From Octopus sinensis (taxonomy: Eukaryota): a stretch of DNA of 64,000 nt. The DNA lies in assembly GCF_006345805.1 (NCBI RefSeq), contig NC_043007.1, forward strand, positions 50,468,001 to 50,532,000, read 5' to 3'. This document shows positions 1 through 13,499 of this stretch, piece by piece. Both the position numbers and the translations under genes were made by a program. Each line of letters starts with the position of its first letter. Within the stretch, counting starts at the first letter, position 1. Below the pieces are notes generated by a model. The model saw only the letters and a program-made list of their open reading frames with translations, searched no databases and was not told the DNA's origin.

Positions 1-157
1 TGTACTCTTTCACCACTCTTTCTCCCACTCTTTCTTCTGTTGGTCTGCTCGCTTAGCCAGCGGGGTGGCGTCATTCGAAGGCTAAAGCAGTGCGAATGCA
101 TTGTGACCAGCGATGTGTAGCAGCATCTGATGGTCTGGTTGGTCACGTGATCACGTG
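1..157 (+). mobile_element. 3' part of a tRNA-derived SINE, truncated by the window edge
   Basis: Opens with TGTACTCTTTCACCAC..., a motif shared with the full-length SINE at 28393-28770, then diverges and runs into (TA)n. Confidence 0.6.
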
Positions 158-159
158 AT

Positions 160-211
160 ATGTGTATATATATATATATATATACATATATACATATACA
201 TATGCATACAT

Positions 212-298
<87 letters not shown>

Positions 299-392
299 CA
301 TATATGCATATATATACATATATATATACATATATATATATATATAATATATATATATATATATAATATACATATATATATATACATATATA

Positions 393-432
<40 letters not shown>
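160..432. repeat. (TA)n/(TACA)n microsatellite, representative of dozens of (TA)n, (CA)n, (GATA)n, (CATA)n, (TAA)n, (CTA)n, (GA)n and (CAT)n tracts in the window
   Basis: Directly visible. These tracts explain the IYIY, HTHT, CVCV and YLSI ORFs in the track. Other long examples: 3010-3260, 8780-9120, 9545-9760 (GATA), 17160-17335 (CTT/ATT), 30360-30620. Confidence 0.99.
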
Positions 433-436
<4 letters not shown>

Positions 437-727
437 GAAGGTTTGAAAATGCAGTTTTAAAAGATGTTTATTCACTTGACTGATTTCACATTTTTAGAAA
501 TAGATTGTCAAAAGTAAAATGTAAAAGCTTTGTTGTGTTAAGTACTGGTTGTCACAAAATATTACAATTCATATATACATTCTTTGATAATAATAAGAAA
601 ATGTTAAAAACAGTTTACAGGAAAAATCTTGAGAAAATATTAAAAAGTTCGTTAAAAATTATATATACATATATACATACACACACATATATACATAGTA
701 TATATACGTACATACATTATATACATA

Positions 728-765
<38 letters not shown>

Positions 766-1675
766 CAGAGACAGGTACACTCATCCATCCATCTATACAT
801 ACGCATACACAGAAACATATATAGACGCATGCAAGTACATATATAAATACATGCATGTGTGTCTTTGTGCATGTGTGCACTCATGGCTAATTTATCTATC
901 TCTTTAGCTTCATATCCACCCACCCATAACGCAGTAAATTCCCGACTCTATTTAAATGAACAAACTCTGAATCATGTTTTCAGAGTTTTTTCTTTCATTC
1001 GGTAATCCAAGATCGCATATGTCTGTCGGGAATTTTAGGTCTTTGATTATGACTCTGCAATAAAGTTCATCGTTTACAAGAACTTTTAAACATGTAGTTC
1101 ATTTTTCTTTAGAAAAATATGATTATGATAAAATATAAAAGAATCGAAAACCTTTGGTGTGTGATGAAAAGAACATAAGTTAAATGTTCTAATCTCAGAC
1201 TGTCTGTATATGACAACCGGCAAATATAGTAGCTTTATTCCATGAATGCCAGAAACACCAGTTTATTAAACACTTAATAATAAACAGCAATAATTGTAAT
1301 TAGCTGATAAGGAATTTTTCTGGTAATTTTATCAATTAATATAATAATTGGTTTAGAACATTAGTTGAACTTTAAGATATCTTCGAGACGTTTGCGTTGC
1401 TGAAAAGATTTTACTGCTGTTATTATTGTAGCATGAAGTGTTAACAATATTTTCAAACACAAAGCTTTTAGAAATATTTCAAAACAAATTGTGGTCACAA
1501 TACTAAATACTTCAGTTCAAGATATCCTTAATTTGCTTTAAGTATTGACAGTAAATGTATTTCTGTTGTAACTTCATTTTTAAGATCAGTTCAAAATTGG
1601 TGAGCCAACCGTTTCGATTTCTTTCTCTCTCACTTTCAAACATTTCTACAAGAAATCGAAAGACAATTTGGCAAC

Positions 1676-2075
1676 AGTGTTAAAATTACAGTTAATCATA
1701 CTAAAATACTAGTATTAAAACGTTCAGTTAATCCTGCCATGATAATAATAGTAATCATACAGTTAATCTTGCAATAATAACGGTGTTAAAATTTACAGTT
1801 AACCCTGAAATAACAACGGTGTTAAACTTATTATTAAACCTGCAATAATAAGTGTTAAAACTTAGAGTTAATCCTGAAATATCAGTGTTAAACGTACAAT
1901 TTATCCTGAAATTTTAAGTGTCATTCTGCAATAATAGTTTTAAAGTGAACAGTTAATCCTTCAATAAACAGAGTGTTAATAATAGTTAATCCTCCAATAA
2001 TCAGAGTTAAACCAGAAATAGTAACAGTACTAAACCGTTGAGTTAATCTTGAATAATTACAATGTTAAAACTGAT
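1676..2075. repeat. Degenerate minisatellite, unit about 30-35 bp (approx. GTGTTAAAATTACAGTTAATCCTGCAATAATAAC)
   Basis: About 11-12 diverged units with recurring GTTAA...GTTAATCCT. One further unit lies at about 2278-2310, beyond a (CA)n tract. Confidence 0.8.
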
Positions 2076-2773
2076 CTATGAGCACAAACTACTAAGCCAT
2101 ATACCTTTACCCATTCACTCACACACGCATACAAACACACACGCACACACACATACACACGCACACACACACATACACACACACACACACACACACAGAA
2201 AATGGGGGAAAGGCACAACTTTGGGAGGGCCCATATTTAAATTGATAAAATTTAAATATAGACAGATATAGAGGGGCTCAGTATTAAACCGTTGAGTTAA
2301 TCCTGCTAAAAAGGATAATAATTCCAGACAAGTTTCAATCATATTACATCTCTGAGAGTGTTAATTATTTTGTGAAATGTATTCACTGAGCATGACGTTT
2401 GATATATAGACTATTGGAAAAGTTGCAGGAAGAAAGTATAATTAAAACTAAAATAAGATGATTAATTGTAGTGAATTCAACAGAATTTTAAAAGTTTGCA
2501 TCTGCAATGAGAACAAATGTCATTAGTACTAATGAAATTTTGAATCTTGTAGTGCGTGAGCGACGTCGCTTTAACAATCGAGGGAAAGCGAACTCAGTAC
2601 AGAATATAAAGTATATTCAATGTCCATGAATTACTTCGTCTTAAGTGGCGAATAGGGATGTAAATTGTTACATGGATTAATTAGCTATGACTACAAACAG
2701 ACACGCACAAATGCATATATATACATGTATATTTCCAGTTATATATAAATTTATATATAGATACATATATCAA

Positions 2774-2820
<47 letters not shown>

Positions 2821-3012
2821 ATATATATATATATATATATATCCTTAAATCCTTAAAAATGTTTTAGCCCGAAGGTCGGCGGTCATGCTGGGGCACCACA
2901 TATATATATACAATATATATATATAACAAAAAGGGGAATGTTTCCAGGCAGGAAAAAATATAGGAAAATGTGTTGCTGAAAATGTACCTAAATTTCAACA
3001 ACACTCACTTTC

Positions 3013-3063
<51 letters not shown>

Positions 3064-3090
3064 CTATCTATCTATCTATCTATCTATCTA

Positions 3091-3160
<70 letters not shown>

Positions 3161-3175
3161 CACCCACATATATAT

Positions 3176-3225
<50 letters not shown>

Positions 3226-3931
3226 TATATACACACATATAAATATATATATATATATATATATGTGTACGTCTCCATGTATCTATATGTCTACTTATCT
3301 ATCTATCAATCTTTCTCTCTTTCTCTCCCCATGTATATATATATACCTGTAATCTTTATACGTAAATGTACACAAAACTGTGTGACTTCCTCAAAACTCA
3401 GGAGAAAAATAATTTTCATTGGTGCTTCAATATAATTGTAACGAGCTGCGTATTGAATGGTAAAATTATTCAGAAAGCGAGAGGCAAGTGAGAGGTAGAG
3501 AGGCAGAAATAATGAATGAGAGAGGGAATAGGGAATTTCGAATAGATATAAATATAACTACTACTAGTAATATAACTGGTGATGTGGTGGTGATGGTGGT
3601 AAAGATACTACTACTACTACTACTACTACTACTAGTAGTAGTAGTAGTAGTAAGTAGTAGTAGTAGTAGTAGTAGTAATGGTGGTGATGGAAAGAGAAAA
3701 ATGAATAAAAGACGAAATAAAGGAAAAGAAATAGTAAACGAACGATTATCTCTTTCTTGTTTCTGTTTCTCTTTCATTTCGTACATATGTTTTATGTATG
3801 TATGTATGCATGTATGTATGTATGCATGTATGTATGTATGTATGTATGGAAGCATGCATGTTTGTATGTGTGCATGTATGTATGTTTGTATTTGTATATA
3901 TATATATATATATCTATATATATATATATAT

Positions 3932-4039
3932 ATTTATTATATAGAAGGAGCTTCTACAGACTAGAACTGTTTCATTCAAGAGAAATCTCAGGAAGCTAGT
4001 TAACAAGAATTGTATTGGCATTTATACATTTAGGCAGGT
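3932..4039 (-). mobile_element. Penelope-like pseudo-LTR end (inverted copy) with a damaged hammerhead
   Basis: Reverse complement of 5379-5488 except for two 1-bp deletions. The core reads CUGAGA instead of CUGAAGA. Confidence 0.75.
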
Positions 4040-4576
4040 TTAAAGGGGTGTTGGTGGGGGACTTTTGGGGGTAGGCATAGCGCAAAATATCATACTTGGG
4101 GGAGTGGTCAAGGAGTCAGTGTTAAATTAGATAGAAGAATAAATAAAAAATAAAAATATATATATATATAAAAAAAGGGAATAGAGTTTTAGGTAAATAA
4201 GGGGATTCTCACTTATACCTATGCACATATGTATACATATATACACACACATACAAACATATATACATATACAAACACACATACAACACATACACAACAC
4301 ATATACATATATATACACTTACCCATACATATCATATCTACACATACACATATATGTATACATACACACACTCACATGCATACACGTATACACACATGTA
4401 TATATACACACACGGCCACACATACATATACACACAAAAAATATATATACACATACACACACATACTCACATACACGCATACAACACATATCCACACACA
4501 CACATGCACACACAGCACACTAGTCCCTATATACACATATATACACATACACACATATATATACACACACATACAT

Positions 4577-4618
<42 letters not shown>

Positions 4619-5089
4619 ATATATTATATATATATATACATATGTGTACCTATGCATACCTACACATACACACATATATATATACACATACAAATACAGA
4701 CCCATTCCCTAATTTTAATTTTATTATCTTCATTTATTACTTTTGTTATCTTTGACCGCTGGTCACAAACATCTTGGCTATGACAGCCAGTCCATTTATC
4801 TGTCTACTGGAAAACAAGCACTCATTCACTCACGCACACTCTTTAGCACGTACACTCACTCATTCGTACACTCATACACATACACGCACGCACGCGTTAT
4901 ATTCATACATACATACATCTACATACATTCACGTATATACACATACGTACGCGTACCTACAGATTCATGTCTACACTCTTAGAACGGTAGTCTATACATA
5001 TACACCAATAAATATAAATACACACACATACATATACACCTACATACAAATACATACATGCATATATATATATATATTCACATATATAT

Positions 5090-5140
<51 letters not shown>

Positions 5141-5319
5141 TATATACATATATATACACACATACACATACATACGTATACATACATACATACATCCATA
5201 CATCCATACATTTATACACATACACACACCCACACGTATACATATACATACATATATATACGCGCATGCATACACATACAAATACATACACATACGCATA
5301 TACATATACATACATACAT

Positions 5320-5367
<48 letters not shown>

Positions 5368-5420
5368 CATACATACACACCTGCCTAAATGTATAAATGC
5401 CAATACAATTCTTGTTAACT

Positions 5421-5471
5421 AGCTTCCTGAAGATTTCTCTTGAATGAAACAGTTCTAGTCCTGTAGAAGCT
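5421..5471 (+). ncRNA. Type I hammerhead ribozyme (PLE-associated)
   Basis: AGCUUC-CUGAAGA-U-UUC(UCUU)GAA-U-GAAA-CAG(UUCUAGUC)CUG-UA|GAAGCU: 6-bp stem I, conserved core, GUA triplet, predicted cleavage after 5465. Confidence 0.8.
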
Positions 5472-5552
5472 CCTTCTATATAATAAATTAATTTTACTCT
5501 GCTATGTATTGAGTACCTTATTTACTGTGGTTAACCCCGAATCAACCCGGGA

Positions 5553-5644
<92 letters not shown>

Positions 5645-6128
5645 TATATGTCAATACGCACACACTCAAATATCTATGTATATATATGTATGTAAGTATG
5701 TATGTATGAATGCATGTATCTCTTTTACCTTTTACTTGTTTCAGTCATTAGATTGCAGCCATGTTGGTGTATCGACCGGTAGAAATTTTAAAACCTGATA
5801 TTTATTCTATTGGTCTCTTTCGTATATATGTATGTATGTTACTGTTCTCTGTGTATTTTACTATTTTTTGTTCTCTCTCTCTCTCTCCATCTCTTTCTCT
5901 GTATCTTTCTCTCTGTCTCTCTGTCTCTCTCTGTCCCTCTCTTTATGTATATATATGTTTGTACATGTGTGTGTGTGTTTGTTTCTTCCTCAATCTCCGC
6001 TCGCCCCCATATTTCTCTTTTTCCACATCATATGACTCAAACAAGCAATTTAATTTCCGTTTCCGCTTAAGAAATCTGTATAAATCTTTTTTTTATATTT
6101 TATTGTATTTAGATTACTACTACTACTG

Positions 6129-6176
<48 letters not shown>

Positions 6177-6355
6177 TACTACTACTACTACTACTACTTT
6201 GTAATGTTATCCTCTTAATTTCGCGTTTTACTTCGTTGTTGTGGTTTTGTTTTGCGTATTCTTTTATGCCTTCATATATTGCGTAAACAAAATGAAATCA
6301 AAACCCAACAACACATGAAAAACCTACCAATATTACTTCTCTTCCTACTACTACA

Positions 6356-6402
<47 letters not shown>

Positions 6403-6649
6403 AACTATTGACATTATTGCTATTGCTGCTGCTGATACTATTACTACTACTTCGAACCGCAAGAGCCTGTTCAGTTGTCAACACTGCTAAGGATATCAGC
6501 CACATCCCTGTCAAATCCCATCCCATTCTCTTAAAGAAAAAACCAATCAGATAAATGATGTGTTCGTCACAAGTGGAGCACCTTTCATAAAATATCTACA
6601 TAATGTATGCTGACCAGCAGTTAGACAGGAACAATATATATATGTAACC

Positions 6650-6860
6650 AGAAGGCGGTGAGCTGGCAGAACGGCGACGTGCTGGCAGAAACGTTAGCAC
6701 GCCGGGCGAAATGCTTTGTGGTATTTCGTCCGCCGCTGCATTCTGAGTTCAAATTCCGCCGTCGTCGACTTTGCCTTTCATCCTTTCAGGGTCGATTAAA
6801 TAAGTACCAGTTACGCACTGGGGTCAATATAATTTATGTTTAGCTCCCTGTGAGCAATAA
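6650..6860 (+). mobile_element. CORE-type tRNA-derived SINE
   Basis: GAGCTGGCAGAAACGTTAGCACGCCGGGCGAAATG...GAGTTCAAATTCCGCC...CCTTTC.GGGTCGAT..ATAAGTACCAGTT. Same family as 17801-18030, 19731-19940 and 63236-63423. Confidence 0.85.
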
Positions 6861-6894
6861 CGAAATAATGTATATATTAACCAGAAAACTCCAC

Positions 6895-7143
6895 TATAGG
6901 CACAAGGCCTGAAATTGTTGGGGAGTGGACTAATCGATTTCCTCAAGCTCCAGCGTTTCATTGGTACTTAATTTATCGACCCCAAAAGGATGAAAAGCAA
7001 AGTCAACATCGGCGGAATTTGAACTCAGAGCGTAGCGATGGGCAAAATACACATTTCTTTACTACCCACAAGGGGCTAAACACAGAGAGGACAAACAAGG
7101 ACAGACAGACGGATTAAGTCGATTATGTCGACCCCAGTGCGTA
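6895..7143 (-). mobile_element. Two adjacent CORE-SINE fragments
   Basis: Reverse-strand matches to the body (6895-7050) and the 3' tail (7050-7143) of the same family. Confidence 0.8.
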
Positions 7144-7149
7144 ACTGTT

Positions 7150-7560
7150 TTTCTATCAGATCTATAACAATCCTGAGATTTCCGCTGGACACTAGAACAT
7201 TCGAATGTTCTTGCCTTTGAAAAAATTCATGATAATTTATGTCGCATGTTTCGAGTGGTTATCATACTGAAAAATCCTCCACTGACCCAGATAATTCATG
7301 TTACATTAAGATAGTCTACTCCAAGATCTTCAGATAAGTTGTACTATTCAATTGTTTTTTTTTCTTTTCTAAAATACACCCCCACCCAGCATAACATCAC
7401 CACCACGCAGCTTAACTTCTGACTTCATGCCCTCTGAGTGAAATTAATCTTCCGTTCTTGTTTAGATGAATAAATTAAATTTTCACTCATTTTGCCCCAC
7501 AAGACTTTTCGTCAATTTGACGAAATCTATTTCGTACATTTCCAACCGAACTTAATGCAG
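7150..7560 (-). mobile_element. Degraded Tc1/mariner transposase fragment
   Basis: Frameshifted translation gives KVLW..KFNLF, EVKLRGGDVML.GVF and RIFQYDNHSKHA...KNIRMF*CPAE, matching the Tc1 motifs KVLWSDE, VKHGGGSVMVWG and FQHDNDPKH. Confidence 0.65.
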
Positions 7561-7669
7561 CTTACATACTACATACATACATACATACATGCATACATAC
7601 ATACATACATACATACATACATACATACATACATACATACATACATACATACATACATACATAGAACCG

Positions 7670-8445
7670 AATAAAGATAATTTGGATGTCAGAACTCTCT
7701 GCATTCAATAAAACAGTGGCCCACAGTGTGTTTGCAGTGTCAATACTCATACCAACATTCCGGTTGCTTGACTGGACGCTTGATGATATCCGAGTCATTG
7801 ATATGAAAACCCGAAAAAGACGAACAAGCACGCATAATTTCCACTTAAACAGTGACGTAGACCACCTCTACCTAAAACGAAAACAATTATTGCCCAGCAG
7901 ATGTTAACATAAAGCTGAAGATCGGTGTAAACGAGAACACCTATGCTGAACTATTGAGAAATGTACAGTTACTTTATCCAGATTATAAGTTCACGTTTAT
8001 ATCTATAACTATTGGGCCCTGGGATATGTAACACACTGCTTAAATACTAATCTTGAAAAATTAGGCTTCTCAAAACCATTAAGGAAAAAGCTAATTCGAA
8101 GACTACAGATCCAATTCATCACATGAACTGCACAAATCTGTAAAACTTTCCAGAAGTTTATCATTTAAATATATATGAGCATGTATAGGTATGCAATTAT
8201 ATGCATGAGAATACGTACATAAAGCATAGAAATCTGCGCATACATATATACATACATACATACATACATACATACATACATACATACATACATACATACA
8301 TACATACATACATACATACAAACATACATACATATATACATGCAAAAATACACTGTTGATGTTGAAATTCCAATGAAAGAACCTTGGATCTAGCTTAGAA
8401 ACCGGTTCTTTCTCTATAGACAGTTGAAATAAACTGAATAATAAC
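7670..8445 (+). mobile_element. Internally deleted R4/Dong-type non-LTR retrotransposon 3' fragment
   Basis: FNKTVAHSVFAVSILIPTFRLLDWTLDDIRVIDMKTRK...HLNSDVDHLYLKRK (post-RT region) joins at about 7888 to CPADVNIKLKI...YAELLRNVQLLYPDYKFTFISITIG.LGYV (restriction-like endonuclease C-terminus), then a 3' region containing (TACA)n. Confidence 0.7.
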
Positions 8446-8559
8446 ATACATACGTACATACATACACTCACACATCTATACACACGCATACATACACATA
8501 CATATACGGTGATCCATCATGGCCGCAGGGAAATGACTGAAACAAGTAAAAGAATATAT

Positions 8560-8775
8560 ACTTTCATATCGCGTGTGTACCGTTGGCGATTTTTTTTCCT
8601 CCGTCTTCCCTTCTCTGGATCTTTCTTTTTCCTATGTTTCTGACGAAGAGCTCCACTCCAAACGTAAAACCCTCCTTCTTCCCTTCCTTCCTGAGCGTCC
8701 AATAATACTATATTTGTTCCAAGTCCTCGCGTTGTTGTATTTTCTCTTTGTGTTTTCATGTTTAGATTAACTTTA
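8560..8775 (+). mobile_element. Penelope-like pseudo-LTR with a degenerate minimal hammerhead (8636-8670)
   Basis: GUUU-CUGACGA-A-GAGC(UCC)ACUC-CAAA-CG-UA-AAAC, with GAAA mutated to CAAA. Homologous to 28085-28315. Confidence 0.65.
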
Positions 8776-8789
8776 TATACATATACATA

Positions 8790-8883
<94 letters not shown>

Positions 8884-8902
8884 CTATCTATCTATCTATC
8901 TC

Positions 8903-9022
<120 letters not shown>

Positions 9023-9083
9023 GTGTGTGTATATATATATATCTATATATATATATATATATATACATATATATGTATATATA

Positions 9084-9129
<46 letters not shown>

Positions 9130-9555
9130 ACGATGTATGTATGTATATATGTATGTATGTATGGATGGATGGATGCATGGATGCATGCATGCGTATATAG
9201 AACGAAAGTACTTTTCTCTTTCAAAGTGCAACACGTCCCGCAAATCTGAACTTCTTTAATCGCTTTGTTATAAGTGACACCAGTCGCTATATCAGATTTC
9301 TATCAACTGTCATTCATAATATTAGTAAAAGCCATAATGACTGTTCATCATCGATATAATTCTTCACACACATACATACATATATATGTAATATATGTAA
9401 AAACACATATATACATAAATAAGCATATATATATATATATATATATATTTATTTATATATACGTTTGTGTGTGCGTTTCTGTGTGTGTGGTGAGTGGTGT
9501 GTGCATGTGTGTGTGTAAAATAGACAGACAGACCGACCGACAGACAGATAGATAA

Positions 9556-9606
<51 letters not shown>

Positions 9607-9607
9607 T

Positions 9608-9761
<154 letters not shown>

Positions 9762-10458
9762 GGAACTATTAGAGAAACAGCGAGACAACTATATACATAG
9801 GCAGATAGGGAGCATGACAAACAGATAAAAAGAGGAAGAAATATATGCGTAGATGTGTAGCTAAGGCAGATAAGGAGACACATGATGAGCATGCTCAAAT
9901 TACAGTTTAATTAATTTGTTTTGGGATACAAAAACACTTTTAATTTCCAAAGCAGTCTTCAGTGTATTGCTGTTATTGTTGTTGTGATGGGATTTGAAGG
10001 TGTGTTGAATCATCTCGTTGGCCACCCGAGCCCGGGTACCTTTCTCCTATATTCTATTACAGTTACAGCAATAAGCTGAACAAACAAACAGTCGCAGTGG
10101 AACATACAACAGTTACATTGAACAGATGTTACATTTACAACATTCTGTCTGTCCTCACTGGATTCTATCTTCGTTGTTGTTTGTTTTGAAATGTCTTTCT
10201 AGATTTAGCCGCCGCCGCTACCACCACAACCACCACCTCCACCACCACAACCACCACCTCCACCACCACCACCACCACCACCACCACCACTACATATATA
10301 CATATACACATAGATATGTGTGCATGCATGTCTGCATATATATATATGTGTGTGTGTATACTCACGCACACACGCATATATATGCATACATGCACAGATG
10401 CACACATTTCTATGTATATATGTCTATGTGTATTTATGTACATGCGTAATACATATAC

Positions 10459-10538
<80 letters not shown>

Positions 10539-12057
10539 CATATATTTATATGTGTATCTATCTATATATGTATATAAATACACATACACATACACATGTA
10601 TGTTACAATCTGTTTAGGAGACATTGGTTTGCTTGAGCGATTTAAAATTTTTATATTTTTTTCTTTTTCCCCCAACTTTGTTGTTGGTTTTACTTTCCCA
10701 CTCCCCATCCATCTCTTCATTCATCCACCTTCCTTCTTCCTTCTCCTCTCTTTTCTTTTCTCTTTCTTTCTTCCTTTCTTTCTCTGTCGCAGACAAGAGA
10801 ATTCTTCCTAAGACCAGCTGCATTCTTATGAATATTCCAGCTGAACCAAATAGACGTTATAGGTTATTATAATGTGTTTTAAGAAAAGGTGATATGGCAT
10901 AAATAATATACTGTTTATCATGTGACAATATCGTTTTATCACTGTATACACAAACAGTGTCTAGACCAGCTGTAATTGCAATGATGAACAGATTTCACGC
11001 CATCCAATTGTTATGCATCACCCTAACCATACTAAAATACAAACGCATTAGCATTTCTTACGATAGAATAGAGAGGTGCAATTGATTTAATGGTGTATCG
11101 GCTTTGTTCCAATTGTTTTTATTGAAACCCAATCCTGGAAGAGATGAATTCTTCATTTTCTTTTTTTCTTCTTTTTATTTCAAACGATTTAGATTGCCAT
11201 GAAGAAACCCATAGCTGTTTTCAAACTCTTTCACTCCAGAGTCGCATGGTTAAACAGTAATCTCTGCAATAGCGACGCTTTGGGTTCGGCTCAACTTAGT
11301 GATGACTGGCAAATTAGGCAAGTTTATTCTGCTAAAGCAGACCGAAACCTGGGGCGTAATACTGAGTCAAAAAAGAAAGGACTGTGAAAGCCCGTTGGGT
11401 GTCATGTATTTGTGCCTTGATGGTAGGCCTAATCCTTCACAGTGTTAAAAATACCATTGTTTTGCAAGAATTGAGTCTAGATGTTCATTTTTGTGTCACT
11501 CCTGCCAACCAGTCTCAAAAGATCAGCTAAAAAATAATAAGCAACTCCTTGACTCATCTATATTTACTAAATTCGGAGATAGCCAAAATCCCAAGAAATA
11601 AAACAAACCATCGATTTTTGAGCCGTCATGCTTTAGTTATCTCCAAAAACACAATCTTTCAGCTTTCTCCACCCTAGATCCAGTAAAATATCGAGGTGGA
11701 TGTGACAGCGGGAGTGAGAGAAGACTGTGTTAGCACCGAGCGACACTAACACCAACCTGTACTTACAACGGACTGCATTAGCACCGTATTGCATTCGCTT
11801 CGGTCTTTACAAGCACCAGAGTGCAATAGCACCGAGGATTGCTGTTTGATTTATCGGATCTGAAGGAATGGACGGCAAATTTCACCACGGAAGAAATATC
11901 AACACATATTCAAACGAGTACTTATGGTTTTTATTCTGTCGTTTACCGGTGTAAAGACTGCTGACTACTACGCTCACCATTTCACGTTACATGCTGGCAA
12001 CCTGAATTCAGTTTCATATTAAGCCCTTGCGTTAGACCAAATCTTGTTCCATATGCT

Positions 12058-12088
<31 letters not shown>

Positions 12089-12136
12089 AAATACTGCTGC
12101 TGCCGCCGGTACTACTATTACTATTACTATTAATGG

Positions 12137-12174
<38 letters not shown>

Positions 12175-12749
12175 ATAATAATAATATAATAATAATAATA
12201 ATAATATAATAATAATAATAATAATACTGCTACAACAACAACTACTGTTGCTGATGCTCTGGTACTGCTGCAAGGATTGATAGTGATAAATAAATAAATA
12301 AATATTCTGAAAGTATATGCGGTGAAATGAAATTACCTTCCAGGTACCACCCAGAGGTAATTTGAAATCGATTTAACCCTACCTCTTGGTATTTTGAACA
12401 CAATTTTAACCCCTACTGTGAGTGGAGGGTATAGGGTGAAGTGGGTGTAATTTGAAATCATTACAGCCAGTAATATTTGTAGAATATTAATAACCAATCT
12501 TGGCAGCGTGAAGTGAATTACAAATCATTTTGGGGATATAAGAAAATAAACAACTTAAAATAGCAGAAACAAATTATAAAGTTTAATTTGATCAGACGTA
12601 ATAGCAGGAACTGTGTAATGGAATCACTAACGTTGTTACTCATGCAGCGATAGACACATGGCTATTGTTACGTTGGTGTCTCTAATTGGTGACTGATCGT
12701 AACAACTATCTATTACAATAGAATCTTAGTATTTACTTCATAATAGTTA

Positions 12750-12971
12750 TTTTTTACTTGCCTTAGTAGTTTGACTGTAACTATGCTGGGGCACCGCCTT
12801 AAAGGGTTTTATTCGAATGAATCGACCTCAAGACATTTTTAAAAGCCTGGTACATATTCTATCGCTCTCTTTAAACCAAACCTCTAAGTTACGGGGATGT
12901 AAACACCCCAACACTGGTTTTAAGTGGTACGGAGAACAAAACACAGAGACTGCACAGATACACACACGCAC

Positions 12972-13049
<78 letters not shown>

Positions 13050-13220
13050 ATATATATATATATATACGTTCGGCTTCTTTCAGTTTCCGTCTACCAAATC
13101 CACTCACAAGGCTCGAGGCTAAAGCAGAAGACACTTGCCCAAGGTGCCATGCAGTAGGAATGAACCCGGAATCATGTGATTGGGAAGTAAGCTTCTTACG
13201 ACACAGCCATACCTGCTCCT
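12750..13220 (-). mobile_element. tRNA-headed SINE with an internal (TA)/(TG) tract
   Basis: Reverse complement reads GGAGCAGGTATGGCTGTGT.GTAAGAAGCTT...GGGCAAGTGTCTTCT...GGTAGACGGAAACTGAAAGAAGCC. Same family as 25780, 44538, 54811 and 56088. Confidence 0.85.
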
Positions 13221-13499
13221 ATTATACTCAGAGATTTTCTTTAGATACGTAGGTAATTCTGAGAAAGAAAGTAACTATAAATGAATAGACCTCAGTATAT
13301 TTATTTTATCGAAATCGATTGAACGTAGTAACTGACAATAAATAAACTGTACCAAGTTACGGTTAAACATTTAGTCCTCTGCCCAGCCGTTGCTTTCCTG
13401 TAACTATGACGGTATTACAGAAATAGTTTGAATACAGAAGTAGTTAGAATACGTGGAAACTTCTAGCTTAAAATCATCTCTTATTCAGTTCAGTTATTT

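Noticed and set aside
1676-2075. CRISPR-like array
   Set aside because: The units are degenerate tandem repeats without unique spacers, there are no cas genes, and the context is eukaryotic.
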